From positions 2,048,001-2,112,000 of the forward strand of contig OZ219856.1 of the NCBI GenBank assembly GCA_964291395.2: DNA of 64,000 bases, given 5' to 3'. The first letter of the stretch is position 1, and each line of letters begins with the position of its first letter. Of this stretch, positions 51,123 through 61,841 are shown piece by piece. The DNA comes from Alphaproteobacteria bacterium (GTDB lineage: Bacteria; Pseudomonadota; Alphaproteobacteria; UBA2966). The position numbers and the translations under genes are program-made. The notes under the pieces are model-generated. The model was given only the letters and a program-made list of their open reading frames with translations. It had not been told where the DNA came from and did no database searches.

Positions 51123-52223
51123 ATGAGGCGATCCTACATTCTGGCGGCCGTGTTCGCCCTCGCCGTGGTCGGCTGGCTGGCATCCGGCCAGTTCGGCGCC
51201 GACAGCGAGCCCGAAGACCCGGGCACGGCCGCGGCAGCGGCGGAGAACGGGTCCGCCAACGGTACGGATGAGCCGGTCAGCGTGCGCGTCAGCCGGCGCG
51301 TCGCCCAGATCCAGTCCCGGGATCTCATCCTGCGGGGCCGGACCGAGGCCAATCGCTGGGTCGACATCAAGGCGGAAACCAGGGGACGGGTCACCGAGGT
51401 CATCGCCAAGGAGGGCGCGCGGGTGGCCCGCGGGGACGTGATCGTCAAACTGGCCATGGAGGGCCGCGTGGAGAAGCTGGCGGAAGCGGAGGCACGCGTC
51501 CGTCAGCGGCAAATCGAGTTCGACGCCGCCAGGTCGCTCCGCCAAAAAGGCTTTCGCGCGAAAACCAAGCTCGCCGAGGCGGTTGCCGAACTCGATGCGG
51601 CGATCGCACATGCCGCGCAGATCTCGGTCGACATCGACCACACGGAAATCAGCGCCCCCTTCGCCGGCGTGATCGAAACCCGCAACGTGGAACTGGGCGA
51701 TTTCGTCGAACCGGGGGACATCATCGCGCGAGTCGTGGATGAAGACCCCTATCTCGTCGTCGGGCACGTCTCCGAACTGGACGTCGGCCTGATCCAGACG
51801 GGCGATGCGGGCGCCGCCCGACTGGCCGGCGGCGAGACCGTGAAGGGCGAGATCCGCTATGTGGCCAGAGTCGCCGACGCCGTGACTCGCACCTTTCGCA
51901 TGGAGCTCGAGGTCCCCAACCGGGCCAGGACGGTGCGCGGCGGCGTCACCGCGGAGATCCGCATTCCCGTGGAGTCCGTGCAAGCCCATTTCCTGTCGCC
52001 TGCACTGCTCACCCTGGACGACGAGGGTGTGCTCGGCGTGCGGACCGTCAACGGCGACGCCGTCGTCGAGTTCAAGCCGGTCAGCGTCTTCGCCACCAAA
52101 CCCGACGGTGTCTGGGTCACCGGACTTCCACCGACCGTGACCATCATCACCGTGGGCCAGGAATTCGTGCGCCATGGAGAAGCGGTGCGGCCCGTTCCCG
52201 AGCAGGCCGGTCAAGCGTCATGA
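51123..52223 (+). CDS. RND efflux periplasmic adaptor (MFP)
   Basis: N-terminal anchor, lipoyl half-motifs (AETRGRV...EGARV, ISAPFAG...VELGD), coiled coil, TRTF. Confidence 0.9.
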   Translation: MRRSYILAAVFALAVVGWLASGQFGADSEPEDPGTAAAAAENGSANGTDEPVSVRVSRRVAQIQSRDLILRGRTEANRWVDIKAETRGRVTEVIAKEGARVARGDVIVKLAMEGRVEKLAEAEARVRQRQIEFDAARSLRQKGFRAKTKLAEAVAELDAAIAHAAQISVDIDHTEISAPFAGVIETRNVELGDFVEPGDIIARVVDEDPYLVVGHVSELDVGLIQTGDAGAARLAGGETVKGEIRYVARVADAVTRTFRMELEVPNRARTVRGGVTAEIRIPVESVQAHFLSPALLTLDDEGVLGVRTVNGDAVVEFKPVSVFATKPDGVWVTGLPPTVTIITVGQEFVRHGEAVRPVPEQAGQAS

Positions 52224-55200
52224 CGGGACTCATCGACGCGGCCCTGGGTCACTCGCGCACGGTACTTCTGGCGCTCGTATTGATCCTGATCACCGGGACC
52301 ATCGCGTACATCACCATTCCCAAGGAATCGAACCCCGACGTCAACATCCCCATCATCTACGTCTCGATGACCCACGAGGGCATCTCCCCGGAGGACGCGG
52401 AGCGGCTCCTGGTACGGCCCATGGAGAAGGAGTTGCAATCCATCGAGGGCGTCAAGGAGATGCGCTCCAACGCCAGCGAAGGTCACGCCTCGGTGCTGCT
52501 CGAGTTCGAAGCCGGGTTCGACGCCGACGCCGCCCTTCAAGACGTCCGGGAAAGCGTGGATGTCGCCAAGGGCGAATTGCCCGAGGATACGGACGAACCC
52601 GTCGTGAACGAAGTCAACGCCGGCCTGTTCCCCGTGCTCGTCGTCGCGTTGTCCGGAGACGTTCCCGAACGCACGCTGCTGAAGCTCGCCCGCCATCTCC
52701 GCGATGAATTGGAGGGGCTTCCCGGCGTCCTGGAGGCCGACATCGCCGGCGACCGCGACGAGGTCCTGGAGATCGTCGTCGACCCGCTGCGTCTCGAGAA
52801 CTACAACGTCCGCTACGAACAGCTGCTGGAAAACGTTGCGCGAAACAATCAACTGATCGCGGCCGGCGCGCTCGATACGGGACACGGCAAATTCGCCGTC
52901 AAGGTGCCCGGTCTCTTCAAGACATTGGACGACGTCCTGTCCCTGCCCGTCAAAGTCGATGGAGATGCCGTCGTCACCGTGGCGGACATCACCACGGTGA
53001 GACGGGCCTTCAAGGACGCCACGGCCTTCGCGCGCTTCGACGGCAAGCCCGCGATCGCACTGGAGATCAAGAAGCGGCTCGGCGAGAACGTCATCGACAC
53101 CATCGAGGACGTGCGCCGGGTGACGGAGGCGGAAGCCGACGAATGGGCCGAGGCGGTGAACGTCTCCTTCATCCAGGACCAGTCCGTACAGATCCGCAAT
53201 ATGCTCACGGACCTTCAGAACAACGTCGTCGCCGCCGTGATTCTGGTGATGATCGTGGTCATCGGCGCCCTCGGTATCCGTACCGCAGGCCTCGTGGGTC
53301 TGGCCATCCCGGGGTCCTTCCTGACCGGAATTCTGGTCATTTCCGCGCTCGGTCTGACCATGAACATCGTGGTGCTGTTCAGCCTGATTCTCGCCGTCGG
53401 CATGCTCGTCGACAGCGCCATCGTCGTGACCGAATATGCAGACCGCTGCATGGCGGCGGGTATTCACCGTCGCGCAGCCTATGCGCAGGCGGCAAAACGC
53501 ATGGCATGGCCGATTACCGCGTCGACGGCGACCACGCTCGCCGCCTTCATGCCACTGCTGTTCTGGCCCGGCGTGGTGGGAGAGTTCATGAAATTTCTGC
53601 CCACCACCTTGATCGCGACGCTCACGGCGTCGCTCGTCATGGCTCTGATTTTCGTGCCGACGGTGGGCAGCTACGTGGGGCGCGCCGGGAGCACGAGTCC
53701 GGAAGTTCTGGCGGCGCTGGCGGCCGGCGAGCACGGAGACCTCGATGCCATCAAGGGCGCGACGGGACGGTACGTCCGCATGCTCTCCGCCGTCGTCCGC
53801 CATCCCTTCAAGGTTCTCGTCGTCGCCGTGGCGCTGCTGATCGGTGTGCAGACGTACTACGCATTGCACGGGAACGGCGTCGAATTCTTTCCGGACGTCG
53901 AGCCCGAGTTCGGCCAGATCCTGGTTCATGCCCGTGGAAACCTGTCGGTCGACGAGATGGACCGGTTGGTGCGGGAGGTGGAGCACGAGGTGCTTCAGGT
54001 TCCCGGCCTCGAGACGGTCTACACGCGAGTCGGCACTCGAGACGGCGGCGGCCAAGAGCTGTCCGAAGACGTGGTCGGAGTCATTCAAGTCGAATTCAAG
54101 GACTGGACTCTTCGCCGCCCCGCCAACGAGATCTTCGCGGAAATCCAGCGCAGAACCGACCATCTCGCGGGCGTGTTCGTGGAAGCGACGGAACCTGACG
54201 CCGGGCCGCCCACGGGCAAGCCGGTCCAGGTGCATCTGTCTTCGAGACATCCGGAGGCCATCGAGCCGGTCCTGAAACGGATCCTGGCGAAGATCCGCAC
54301 GATCGAGGGTCTGATCGACATCGAAGACACGCGATCCACGCCGGGCATCGAATGGCAGATTTCAGTCGACCGGGAACAGGCAGGCCGCTTCGGTGCCAAC
54401 GTCGTACACGTAGGCAATGTGGTCAAGCTCGTGACCAACGGCCTCAAAGTCGGTGACTACCGGCCCGACGACGCGGACGAAGAGGTCGACATCCGGGTGC
54501 GTTATCCAACGGACGAACGAACTCTCAACCAACTGGACACGCTGCGCGTCACGACCGAGGCAGGCTTGATCCCGATCAGCAATTTCGTCGACCGGACGCC
54601 GCAAGAAAAGGTGGGGACCGTTCACCGGACCGACGGCCGGCGGGTCCTCGCCATCAAGGCCGATGTCGCCGAAGGTGTCCTGGCCGACGACAAGGTCAGC
54701 GAGATCCGCGCCTGGCTCGACACCCAGGAATTCGATCCCCGCGTCGAGATCGAATTCAAAGGCGAGGACGAAGAGCAGAAGAAAGCCGAGGCATTCCTGT
54801 TGAAGGCTTTCGGGATAGCGCTCTTCATCATGGCGATCATCCTGGTCACGCAGTTCAACAGCTTCTATCACGCGTTCCTCATCCTCTCCGCCGTCATCAT
54901 GTCGACGATCGGCGTCATGATCGGGCTCATCATCACCGGTCAAGCCTTTGGGATCGTCATGACGGGCGTGGGCGTGATCACGCTGGCGGGCGTGGTCGTC
55001 AACAACAACATCGTTCTGATCGACACCTACGACCGGCTGCGAGAGGCTGGTATCCCGGCGCTGGAAGCGGTCGTGAGAACGGGCGCACAACGCCTCCGCC
55101 CGGTAATTCTTACGGCCGTGACGACCGTGCTCGGCCTCATGCCCATGGTCCTGGGGCTCAACATCAACCTGTTTACTCGAGACATCACCGTCGGCGGGGG

Positions 55201-55390
55201 GTCGACCCAATGGTGGATCCAACTGGCGACCGCGGTGGCCAGCGGCCTGACGTTTGCCACCGTCCTGACCCTCGTGGTGACTCCGTCGCTGCTGGCGCTC
55301 GGCGTCAACGTGGGCACCTGGATTCAGAACCGGCGCGCCCGCTGGTCCGACCGGCGAGATCTGGCGGCCGGACCGGCCCCGGCGGAGTAA
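52220..55390 (+). CDS. RND efflux permease (AcrB/AcrD/AcrF family)
   Basis: 1056 aa; GMLVDSAIVVTE, VNNNIVLID, RLRPVILT. ATGA coupling to the MFP gene. Confidence 0.94.
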   Translation: MTGLIDAALGHSRTVLLALVLILITGTIAYITIPKESNPDVNIPIIYVSMTHEGISPEDAERLLVRPMEKELQSIEGVKEMRSNASEGHASVLLEFEAGFDADAALQDVRESVDVAKGELPEDTDEPVVNEVNAGLFPVLVVALSGDVPERTLLKLARHLRDELEGLPGVLEADIAGDRDEVLEIVVDPLRLENYNVRYEQLLENVARNNQLIAAGALDTGHGKFAVKVPGLFKTLDDVLSLPVKVDGDAVVTVADITTVRRAFKDATAFARFDGKPAIALEIKKRLGENVIDTIEDVRRVTEAEADEWAEAVNVSFIQDQSVQIRNMLTDLQNNVVAAVILVMIVVIGALGIRTAGLVGLAIPGSFLTGILVISALGLTMNIVVLFSLILAVGMLVDSAIVVTEYADRCMAAGIHRRAAYAQAAKRMAWPITASTATTLAAFMPLLFWPGVVGEFMKFLPTTLIATLTASLVMALIFVPTVGSYVGRAGSTSPEVLAALAAGEHGDLDAIKGATGRYVRMLSAVVRHPFKVLVVAVALLIGVQTYYALHGNGVEFFPDVEPEFGQILVHARGNLSVDEMDRLVREVEHEVLQVPGLETVYTRVGTRDGGGQELSEDVVGVIQVEFKDWTLRRPANEIFAEIQRRTDHLAGVFVEATEPDAGPPTGKPVQVHLSSRHPEAIEPVLKRILAKIRTIEGLIDIEDTRSTPGIEWQISVDREQAGRFGANVVHVGNVVKLVTNGLKVGDYRPDDADEEVDIRVRYPTDERTLNQLDTLRVTTEAGLIPISNFVDRTPQEKVGTVHRTDGRRVLAIKADVAEGVLADDKVSEIRAWLDTQEFDPRVEIEFKGEDEEQKKAEAFLLKAFGIALFIMAIILVTQFNSFYHAFLILSAVIMSTIGVMIGLIITGQAFGIVMTGVGVITLAGVVVNNNIVLIDTYDRLREAGIPALEAVVRTGAQRLRPVILTAVTTVLGLMPMVLGLNINLFTRDITVGGGSTQWWIQLATAVASGLTFATVLTLVVTPSLLALGVNVGTWIQNRRARWSDRRDLAAGPAPAE

Positions 55391-55393
55391 CAT

Positions 55394-55422
55394 CTTGAAA
55401 TTTCCGGAATCCGTTCCTACGT
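55394..55422 (+). promoter_or_regulatory. RpoH (sigma32)-type promoter
   Basis: CTTGAA-N16-CCTACGT, close to the alphaproteobacterial RpoH consensus CTTGAA-N15/16-CCTATNT. Confidence 0.55.
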
Positions 55423-55585
55423 TGGAAGCGTACGTTTGCGCCGCGCTCGACTCCCCTGAACGGCGCCGCCTCTCGAATTGGGGGCGAAGAAACGGGAATG
55501 CGGCCTACGGGACACCATGCCGTCGGAGCACCAGGTCGACAACGATTTGTACGTGACCAGTCCCCACCTGCTGGGAGGACGACTC

Positions 55586-56437
55586 ATGCCCCTGCCCTCA
55601 CCGGACACCGGCCTATCCGCTTACCTGCGTGACATTCGACGGTACCCGCTCCTGAGCGCGGAGGAGGAGCGGCGTCTGGCGCACCGCTGGCAGGAGTCCG
55701 GCGATTCAGCGGCCTTCGAACAGCTTATCGGCAGCCACCTGAGGTTGGTCGTGGGGCTCGCAAAAAGGGCCGGCGGTTACGGCCTCCAAACGGCGGATCT
55801 CATCGCCGAGGGAAACATCGGCCTGATCGAGGCGGCGCGCAGGTTTGACCCCGATCGCGGGAACCGGTTCTCAACCTATGCCATCTGGTGGATCCGGGCG
55901 GCCATTCAGCACTACGTGTTGGACAATGCCTCCGTGGTTCGCCTCGGTACGACGGCGGGTCAGAAGAAGCTGTTCTTCAACCTGAGCCGGCTGAAGGGTG
56001 AACTCGGCGAATTCGACGACGACAACATATCGAGCGGCGCGGTGACATCGATCGCCGAACGATTGGGCGTACGGGCCGATGAAGTCATCGACATGAACGG
56101 CCGCCTCGCGCGCGGCGACTATTCCCTCAACGTCCCCGTGACCCAGCAAGGTGAAACCAACTGGCAAGACCTGTTGGCCGACGAATCGGTCGACATGGAA
56201 GCCGAGATTGCGGATGACGACGAACTGAGCTATCAGCGTGCCCACGTTCGGCGTGGACTGAGTGAACTCAGCGATCGGGAGCGGGACATCCTGGTCCGCC
56301 GCCACCTGAATGACGACCGTGAAACTCTGGCAGTTCTGAGTCAGGAATACGGCGTGTCGCGGGAGCGCATCCGGCAGATCGAGACGGCGGCCCTGAACAA
56401 GCTCAAGAAAGCCGTGTCACGCGCGGATATTCATTGA
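55586..56437 (+). CDS. rpoH: RpoH-family sigma factor (divergent paralogue)
   Basis: HLRLVV, DLIAEGNIGL, RFSTYAIWWIRA, RpoH box TTAGQKKLFFNL and GVSRERIRQIE. GGGAGG RBS before ATG 55586 (alternative 55517). Confidence 0.88.
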   Translation: MPLPSPDTGLSAYLRDIRRYPLLSAEEERRLAHRWQESGDSAAFEQLIGSHLRLVVGLAKRAGGYGLQTADLIAEGNIGLIEAARRFDPDRGNRFSTYAIWWIRAAIQHYVLDNASVVRLGTTAGQKKLFFNLSRLKGELGEFDDDNISSGAVTSIAERLGVRADEVIDMNGRLARGDYSLNVPVTQQGETNWQDLLADESVDMEAEIADDDELSYQRAHVRRGLSELSDRERDILVRRHLNDDRETLAVLSQEYGVSRERIRQIETAALNKLKKAVSRADIH

Positions 56438-56459
56438 CCGGGACTTGTCCCGGCGTGCG

Positions 56460-57278
56460 TCAGTCGCCGACCTCTTCCTCTTCCGGCGGGGCATTCGAGA
56501 GCTCCTCGACCGAAACACCTTCACTTGCCGAAGCGGCACGGCGGCGGTAGCTCCGCATGCTCAGGGGCATGCTCGCCAGATAAAGCACGCCGATGCCCGT
56601 CAACATCTGCCACGGATAGCTCCAAAGCACGGCGGCGAGCAACCCAACCACGATCAAGACGGGCAGGATGTACTCGCGCCGGACGCGCAGTCGCTTGAAC
56701 GAATACGTCGGCACCTTGCTCACCATCAGGAAGGCGACGGCGGCGACCACGAATGCGTTGACCAGCGGGTAATGGAAGAACGATTCGGCGACTTGAAAGC
56801 TCAACATGACCGGCAGCAACACCAATCCCCCGGCCGCGGGTGCCGGAACCCCCATGAAGAAGTTGGTCATCCACGTCGGCTGGTTGGCGGAGTCCAGTGC
56901 CGTATTGAAGCGCGCCAGCCGCAAGGCGCAACAGACGCTGAACGCCAGTACCAGGATCCAGCCCACACCACCCAGATCGTTCAACGTCCACCGGTACAGA
57001 AGAATGGATGGCGCAACACCAAAACAAACGAAATCGGACAACGAGTCGAGCTCGGCGCCGAACTTGGACGTGCCCTTCAACAATCTCGCCAGGCGCCCGT
57101 CCAGACCGTCGAACAACGCAGCGACCAGGATGGCCATGACGGCGAGCTGCCAGCTCTCGTTCAGCGAGAAGCGTATCGACGTCAGACCGGCACAGAGCGC
57201 CAGCACCGTCAGCATATTGGGCGCCAGACTGTTGACGGGCAGCGATCGCAATCCCGCGGTGCGCGCCCTCAAGATCAT
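56460..57278 (-). CDS. pssA: CDP-diacylglycerol-serine O-phosphatidyltransferase
   Basis: PNMLT, DGLDGRLAR...GAELDSLSD, LRLARFN; adjacent to psd. Confidence 0.93.
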   Translation of the reverse strand: MILRARTAGLRSLPVNSLAPNMLTVLALCAGLTSIRFSLNESWQLAVMAILVAALFDGLDGRLARLLKGTSKFGAELDSLSDFVCFGVAPSILLYRWTLNDLGGVGWILVLAFSVCCALRLARFNTALDSANQPTWMTNFFMGVPAPAAGGLVLLPVMLSFQVAESFFHYPLVNAFVVAAVAFLMVSKVPTYSFKRLRVRREYILPVLIVVGLLAAVLWSYPWQMLTGIGVLYLASMPLSMRSYRRRAASASEGVSVEELSNAPPEEEEVGD

Positions 57279-57983
57279 CTATCGCACCTCTCCCCGACGC
57301 GGCCCTTCCCGTGACCTCGCGTCGGCAATCACCGTCTCGCCGGCGACCGTCCGCTGGCCGGCAACGACGAGGGGTGACATCCCCGAATCCAGATAGACGT
57401 CCACCCGGCTTCCGAAGCGGATCATACCGAAACGCGCACCCGCCTGCACCCGATCGCCCTCCGCGACATCGCATACGATCCGCCGTGCAATCAATCCGGC
57501 GATCTGTACCACCGCGACCTTGCGTTCGTCGGTCATCCGGATCGCCAAGGCCTGTCGCTCGTTGTCATCGCTCGCCTTGTCAAGAGCGGCGTTCACGAAT
57601 TTTCCAGGACGATAGCTCGCCTGCGTCACCGTGCCGTCCACCGGCACTCGATTCACGTGCACGTCGAAGACGTTCATGAAAACGCTGATTCGCGGCCTTG
57701 GCGCATCACCCAGGTCGAGTTCCGCCGGCGGGACCGCCGGTTCCACCATCTGAATCACACCGTCCGCGGGACTGAGCACGAGTCCGTCCCGGACCGGTGA
57801 CACACGCTCCGGATCACGGAAGAAATAGGCGCACCACACCGTGAGCACGAGCGCCGCCCACCCCAAGGGCTCGAAGACATAGAACATCACCAAGGTGATG
57901 ACCGCGAAGACCGCCAGGAAGCGGTAGCCCTCGCGGTGTATCGGAACCAGTACGGACTTGACAGCGTCCATCCGTGCATCCAT
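57279..57983 (-). CDS. psd: Phosphatidylserine decarboxylase proenzyme
   Basis: [30 protein letters not shown] and RFGSRVD cleavage site. Confidence 0.95.
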   Translation of the reverse strand: MDARMDAVKSVLVPIHREGYRFLAVFAVITLVMFYVFEPLGWAALVLTVWCAYFFRDPERVSPVRDGLVLSPADGVIQMVEPAVPPAELDLGDAPRPRISVFMNVFDVHVNRVPVDGTVTQASYRPGKFVNAALDKASDDNERQALAIRMTDERKVAVVQIAGLIARRIVCDVAEGDRVQAGARFGMIRFGSRVDVYLDSGMSPLVVAGQRTVAGETVIADARSREGPRRGEVR

Positions 57984-58002
57984 GACTGCGGGCGGGCGGA
58001 GT

Positions 58003-59895
58003 TTACCCGGCCGGAGGGCCCGCGGGAACGGTGGACGACCCGCCCTCGAGATCGTGTTCCAGCGGCCCCAACGCTTCGGCCAACCTCTCCTGATACTCGG
58101 CCGCCTGCTGCTGGCGGCGCCACATCGCCGCGTACAACCCGTCCCGCGCCATCAACGCGCCGTGGGACCCCCGTTCCACGACGCGGCCGGCATCGAGAAC
58201 CAGGATCTCGTCGGCATCGACGATCGTGGACAGGCGATGCGCAATGATCAGCGCCGTGCGATCCGCGGAGACCTCACGGATGCTGTCCTGAATTTCTTTC
58301 TCGGTATGGGTGTCGAGCGCGGAAGTCGCCTCGTCGAACAGGAGTATGGCGGGTTTCTTCAGGATGGTTCGCGCGATCGCCACGCGTTGTTTCTCGCCCC
58401 CGGAAAGCTTGAGCCCCCGCTCCCCCACGACCGTCTGGTACCCTCGGGGCAGACCGGAAACGAAGTCGTGGACATGGGCCATGCGTGCGGCTTCCTTGAC
58501 GTCCGCATCGGTCGCGTCGGGTCTTCCGTACCGGATGTTGTACTCGATCGTGTCGTTGAACAGCACCGCGTCCTGCGGCACGATTCCGATCACGGACCGG
58601 TAGGAATCCTGAGAGATGTCCCGGATGTCCTGACCGTCGATGCGGATGGCACCCTCGGTAACGTCGTAGAAACGAAACAGCAGTCTCGAGATCGTGGACT
58701 TGCCGGCACCGCTCGGCCCGACGATGGCGAATGTCCGACCCGCGGGGACGGTGAACGACAGGTCATGAATGACTTCACGGTCCGCCTCATATCCGAAACA
58801 CACCCGATCAAAGGTGATCTCTCCCCGGGCAACGCCCAGCACGCGCGCGTCCGGCCGGTCCTCGACCTCCTTCTCCACGGCCAGCAGGCGGAACATCGCC
58901 TCCATATCGACCAGGGCCTGCTTGATCTCGCGATAGACGAAACCCAAGAAACCGAGCGGAAGATAGAGTTGAATGAGAAGGGTGTTGACGAGCACGAAAT
59001 CCCCGATCGTCATCGTGCCGTCCCGCACCCCGATGGCGGCCAACAGCATCACGCCGATCAGCCCCGACGCAATGATCAAGCCCTGCCCGATGTTCATCCC
59101 CGAGAGCGTGATCTGACTTATGACGGCCGCCTTCTGGTATCTCTCCAGGGACCGATCGAATCGCTCTTCTTCATGTGCCTCGTTCCCGAAATACTTGACG
59201 GTTTCGAAGTTCAGCAGGCTGTCGATCGCCATCGTGTTGGCCTCGCTCTCCGAGCGGTTCATCTCGCGGCGGTATTTGATGCGCCACTCGGTGAAGAGCG
59301 CGGTGAACGCGATGTAGCCGCCGACGCTGAGGAACGTGATCGCGGCGAACCAGAAATCGTAGCGGTAGAGGAGAATGCCGCAGACCAGCCCGATTTCGAG
59401 CAGTGTCGGGAGCACGTTGAACAGCGTGAAGCGCAGCAGAAAGTCGATCCCCCTCGTCCCCCGCTCGATCGATCGGGACAGCCCGCCCGTCTGCCGTTCC
59501 AGGTGGAAACGCAGAGACAGCCGGTGCAGATGATGAAAGGTGTTGAGCGCGATCGCGCGCAGCGCATGCTGGCCCACACGGGCGAACACGGCATCCCGCA
59601 ACTCGCCAAAGGCCTGCGACATCACACGCGCCACGCCGTAGCCGATGATGACGAATATCGGAATGGCGACGATTGCCGCACTGTCGATCGTCAGGGCGTC
59701 GACGGCCGCCTTGTAGAGGAAGGGCACGTAGACGGTCGTTACCTTCGCCGCGGCCAGACATCCGAGAGCGATCACGACGCGGAGTTTCAGCCCAGGCCGG
59801 CCGCGCGGCCACAGGTAGGGGAGCAGCGCGCGTAAAGTCCCAAGGTGCGCCGAGGGCGTTTCGCCTCCGACGTCGTTAGCGGAAGGCAGGCTCAT
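58003..59895 (-). CDS. ABCB/Atm1-like fused ABC exporter
   Basis: [25 protein letters not shown], Walker [18 protein letters not shown] and DEATSALD. Confidence 0.93.
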   Translation of the reverse strand: MSLPSANDVGGETPSAHLGTLRALLPYLWPRGRPGLKLRVVIALGCLAAAKVTTVYVPFLYKAAVDALTIDSAAIVAIPIFVIIGYGVARVMSQAFGELRDAVFARVGQHALRAIALNTFHHLHRLSLRFHLERQTGGLSRSIERGTRGIDFLLRFTLFNVLPTLLEIGLVCGILLYRYDFWFAAITFLSVGGYIAFTALFTEWRIKYRREMNRSESEANTMAIDSLLNFETVKYFGNEAHEEERFDRSLERYQKAAVISQITLSGMNIGQGLIIASGLIGVMLLAAIGVRDGTMTIGDFVLVNTLLIQLYLPLGFLGFVYREIKQALVDMEAMFRLLAVEKEVEDRPDARVLGVARGEITFDRVCFGYEADREVIHDLSFTVPAGRTFAIVGPSGAGKSTISRLLFRFYDVTEGAIRIDGQDIRDISQDSYRSVIGIVPQDAVLFNDTIEYNIRYGRPDATDADVKEAARMAHVHDFVSGLPRGYQTVVGERGLKLSGGEKQRVAIARTILKKPAILLFDEATSALDTHTEKEIQDSIREVSADRTALIIAHRLSTIVDADEILVLDAGRVVERGSHGALMARDGLYAAMWRRQQQAAEYQERLAEALGPLEHDLEGGSSTVPAGPPAG

Positions 59896-59970
59896 AGCCG
59901 CCCGATGGCTCGTGAACGGTTCGCGCGTCGGTCCGCATGAAGTTCAAAGTGGGTATTGGAACCCAAGAAC

Positions 59971-61680
59971 TCAATGTTGCGGCGGCAGCGTAAAAATCTG
60001 ACCGGGATAGATCAGGTCCGGATCCTCGATCTTTCCGGCATTCGCGGAATAGATCACGGTGTAAAGAACGCCCTGCCCATACGCGGCGCGCGCAATCCGC
60101 CACAGGCTGTTTCCGGGTTGAACGATGAAGCGAAGTTCGCCCGGTCGCAGGCTTGCTTCGACGACGTCCGCACGCATAAACGGCATTTCCGTCGACGTGA
60201 TGATCCTGCCCGCCTCATCGACACTGGCGACCGACAAAGTGTGATCCCCGATGGCGACAGCCTTGGCCGGGGTCAATTCCCAGTACCCCGTGTCGTCGGC
60301 AACGGTCGAGCCGATGCCGCGGTCATCAATCTTGACCCGCACTTCCGACCCGGGCGATGCGACCCCCGCCAGGACCAGACGACCCCGCTCGTCGTAGTTG
60401 ACGGCGCTCAATTGCACGGTATCGCCCGACAGAGCGTCGGGTGAAACGGTCGGTCCCTGGAGCACGCGGCTGGCGCCGAAGGTCTCCCGAGGTATGGCGA
60501 CAGCGATAACCTGCCGGGGTTCCCCTGCGGTGACGCGAGGCGTATCTCCTGCCGCCGGCACTTCCCGATCAGGGATCATCACGACCACGACGTGCTCCGA
60601 TTTCGTCGTCTCGCCTTCCTCGTCCAGAGCACCAAGCGAAAGGGTTTGCGCTCCACTTTCGAGCGGCGCCTCCGGAACGAGAACCCACTCCCCCCGATCA
60701 TCAGCCTTTACCGTTCCGACGACATCTTCCCCCGCATAAACGGTCACTTCCGACTTGGGCGACGCCCGCCCCGCGATGACCGCATTTCCTTCAGGGTTGA
60801 CTCGCACCACGTCAAACGCGGGGTCGGCGGACGGCGGCGCAGCTTGCGACACTCCGGGAAGTTCCGTCCGACCCTCGCTCCGGGGCGGGACAGTCGGTGC
60901 TTTGGAGAGTTCCGGACGGCCCTCGCCCGGAGATGGGACCGTCGGCGCGGCTGCCGGCGCCCGTGCGACAGCCGGTTCCGAAGGCTCGGTCCGGGGCGGG
61001 ACCGTCGGTGCTTTGGATGTTTCGGGACGCCCCTCGCCCCGAGATGGGACCGTCGGCGCGGTTGCCGGCGCCCGTGCGGCGGCTGACTCCGAAGGCTCGG
61101 TCCGGCGAGGGACCGTGGACGCTCCGGAAAGTTCCGTCCGGCTCTCGCTACGGGGCGGGACCGCCGGTGCTTTGGAAAGTTCCGGCCGGCCTTCGCTCCG
61201 GGACGGGACCGTCGGCGCGGTTGCCGGCGCCCGTGCGACGGCCGGTTCCGAAGGCTCGGTCCGGGGCGGGATCGTGGACGCTCCGGAAAGTTCCGTCCGG
61301 CTCTCGCTACGGGGCGGGACCGCCGGTGCTTTGGAAAGTTCCGGCCGGTCCTCGCTCCGGGGCGGGACCGTCGGCGCGGTTGCCGGCGCCCGCGCGACGG
61401 CCGGTTCCGAAGGCTCGGTCCGGGGCGGGATCGTGGACGCTCCGGAAAGTTCCGTCCGGCTCTCGCTACGGGGCGGGACCGCCGGTGCTTTGGAAAGTTC
61501 CGGCCGGTCCTCGCTCCGGGGCGGGACCGTCGGCGCGGTTGCCGGCGCCCGCGCGACGGCGGGTTCCGGAGGCTCGGTCCGGAACATGACGTAAAACACC
61601 ACGCCACCCACCACGGCGATGGCCACCACCGCCGCCACGATCAGCCTAATCAATGAGTCCCGACGGGTTCGCCTGTTCAT
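59971..61680 (-). CDS. Membrane-anchored LysM/Ig-like domain protein with Pro-rich repeat linker
   Basis: N-terminal TM, FDVVRV...VIAGRA Ig-like domains, and C-terminal LysM IVQPGNSLWRIA...DPDLIYPGQIFTLP. Confidence 0.88.
   Translation of the reverse strand: MNRRTRRDSLIRLIVAAVVAIAVVGGVVFYVMFRTEPPEPAVARAPATAPTVPPRSEDRPELSKAPAVPPRSESRTELSGASTIPPRTEPSEPAVARAPATAPTVPPRSEDRPELSKAPAVPPRSESRTELSGASTIPPRTEPSEPAVARAPATAPTVPSRSEGRPELSKAPAVPPRSESRTELSGASTVPRRTEPSESAAARAPATAPTVPSRGEGRPETSKAPTVPPRTEPSEPAVARAPAAAPTVPSPGEGRPELSKAPTVPPRSEGRTELPGVSQAAPPSADPAFDVVRVNPEGNAVIAGRASPKSEVTVYAGEDVVGTVKADDRGEWVLVPEAPLESGAQTLSLGALDEEGETTKSEHVVVVMIPDREVPAAGDTPRVTAGEPRQVIAVAIPRETFGASRVLQGPTVSPDALSGDTVQLSAVNYDERGRLVLAGVASPGSEVRVKIDDRGIGSTVADDTGYWELTPAKAVAIGDHTLSVASVDEAGRIITSTEMPFMRADVVEASLRPGELRFIVQPGNSLWRIARAAYGQGVLYTVIYSANAGKIEDPDLIYPGQIFTLPPQH
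60853..61578 (-). repeat. Intragenic hierarchical tandem repeat (159-bp unit made of 63+48+48 bp subunits)
   Basis: Three near-identical 53-aa units, one 37-aa unit and one partial unit in the LysM protein. Confidence 0.92.
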
Positions 61681-61841
61681 GGGTCTGACGCATTATGGGG
61701 ATGGAGGCGTGGATTTGAAAATCGTTTTATCTCAACGGACGGACGTCGGAAGATCCGCGACATGCCGCAGATCCGTCACATGCACACTGGCCACGAAGAC
61801 AGGGATGCCGCTCTCGACATCATCCCCATGGCCATGCCTGC

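Noticed and set aside
52211-54250. 679-aa ORF on the - strand (likewise 45931-47604, 4702-6312 and many shorter ones)
   Set aside because: Antisense to well-supported RND, MMPL or enolase genes, with shadow-ORF composition.
57958-59835. 625-aa ORF on the + strand
   Set aside because: Antisense shadow of the Atm1-like gene, expected from high-GC codon bias; no recognisable motifs.
60853-61578. Repeat tract as a CRISPR array
   Set aside because: No unique spacers; units are in-frame and lie inside a coding gene.
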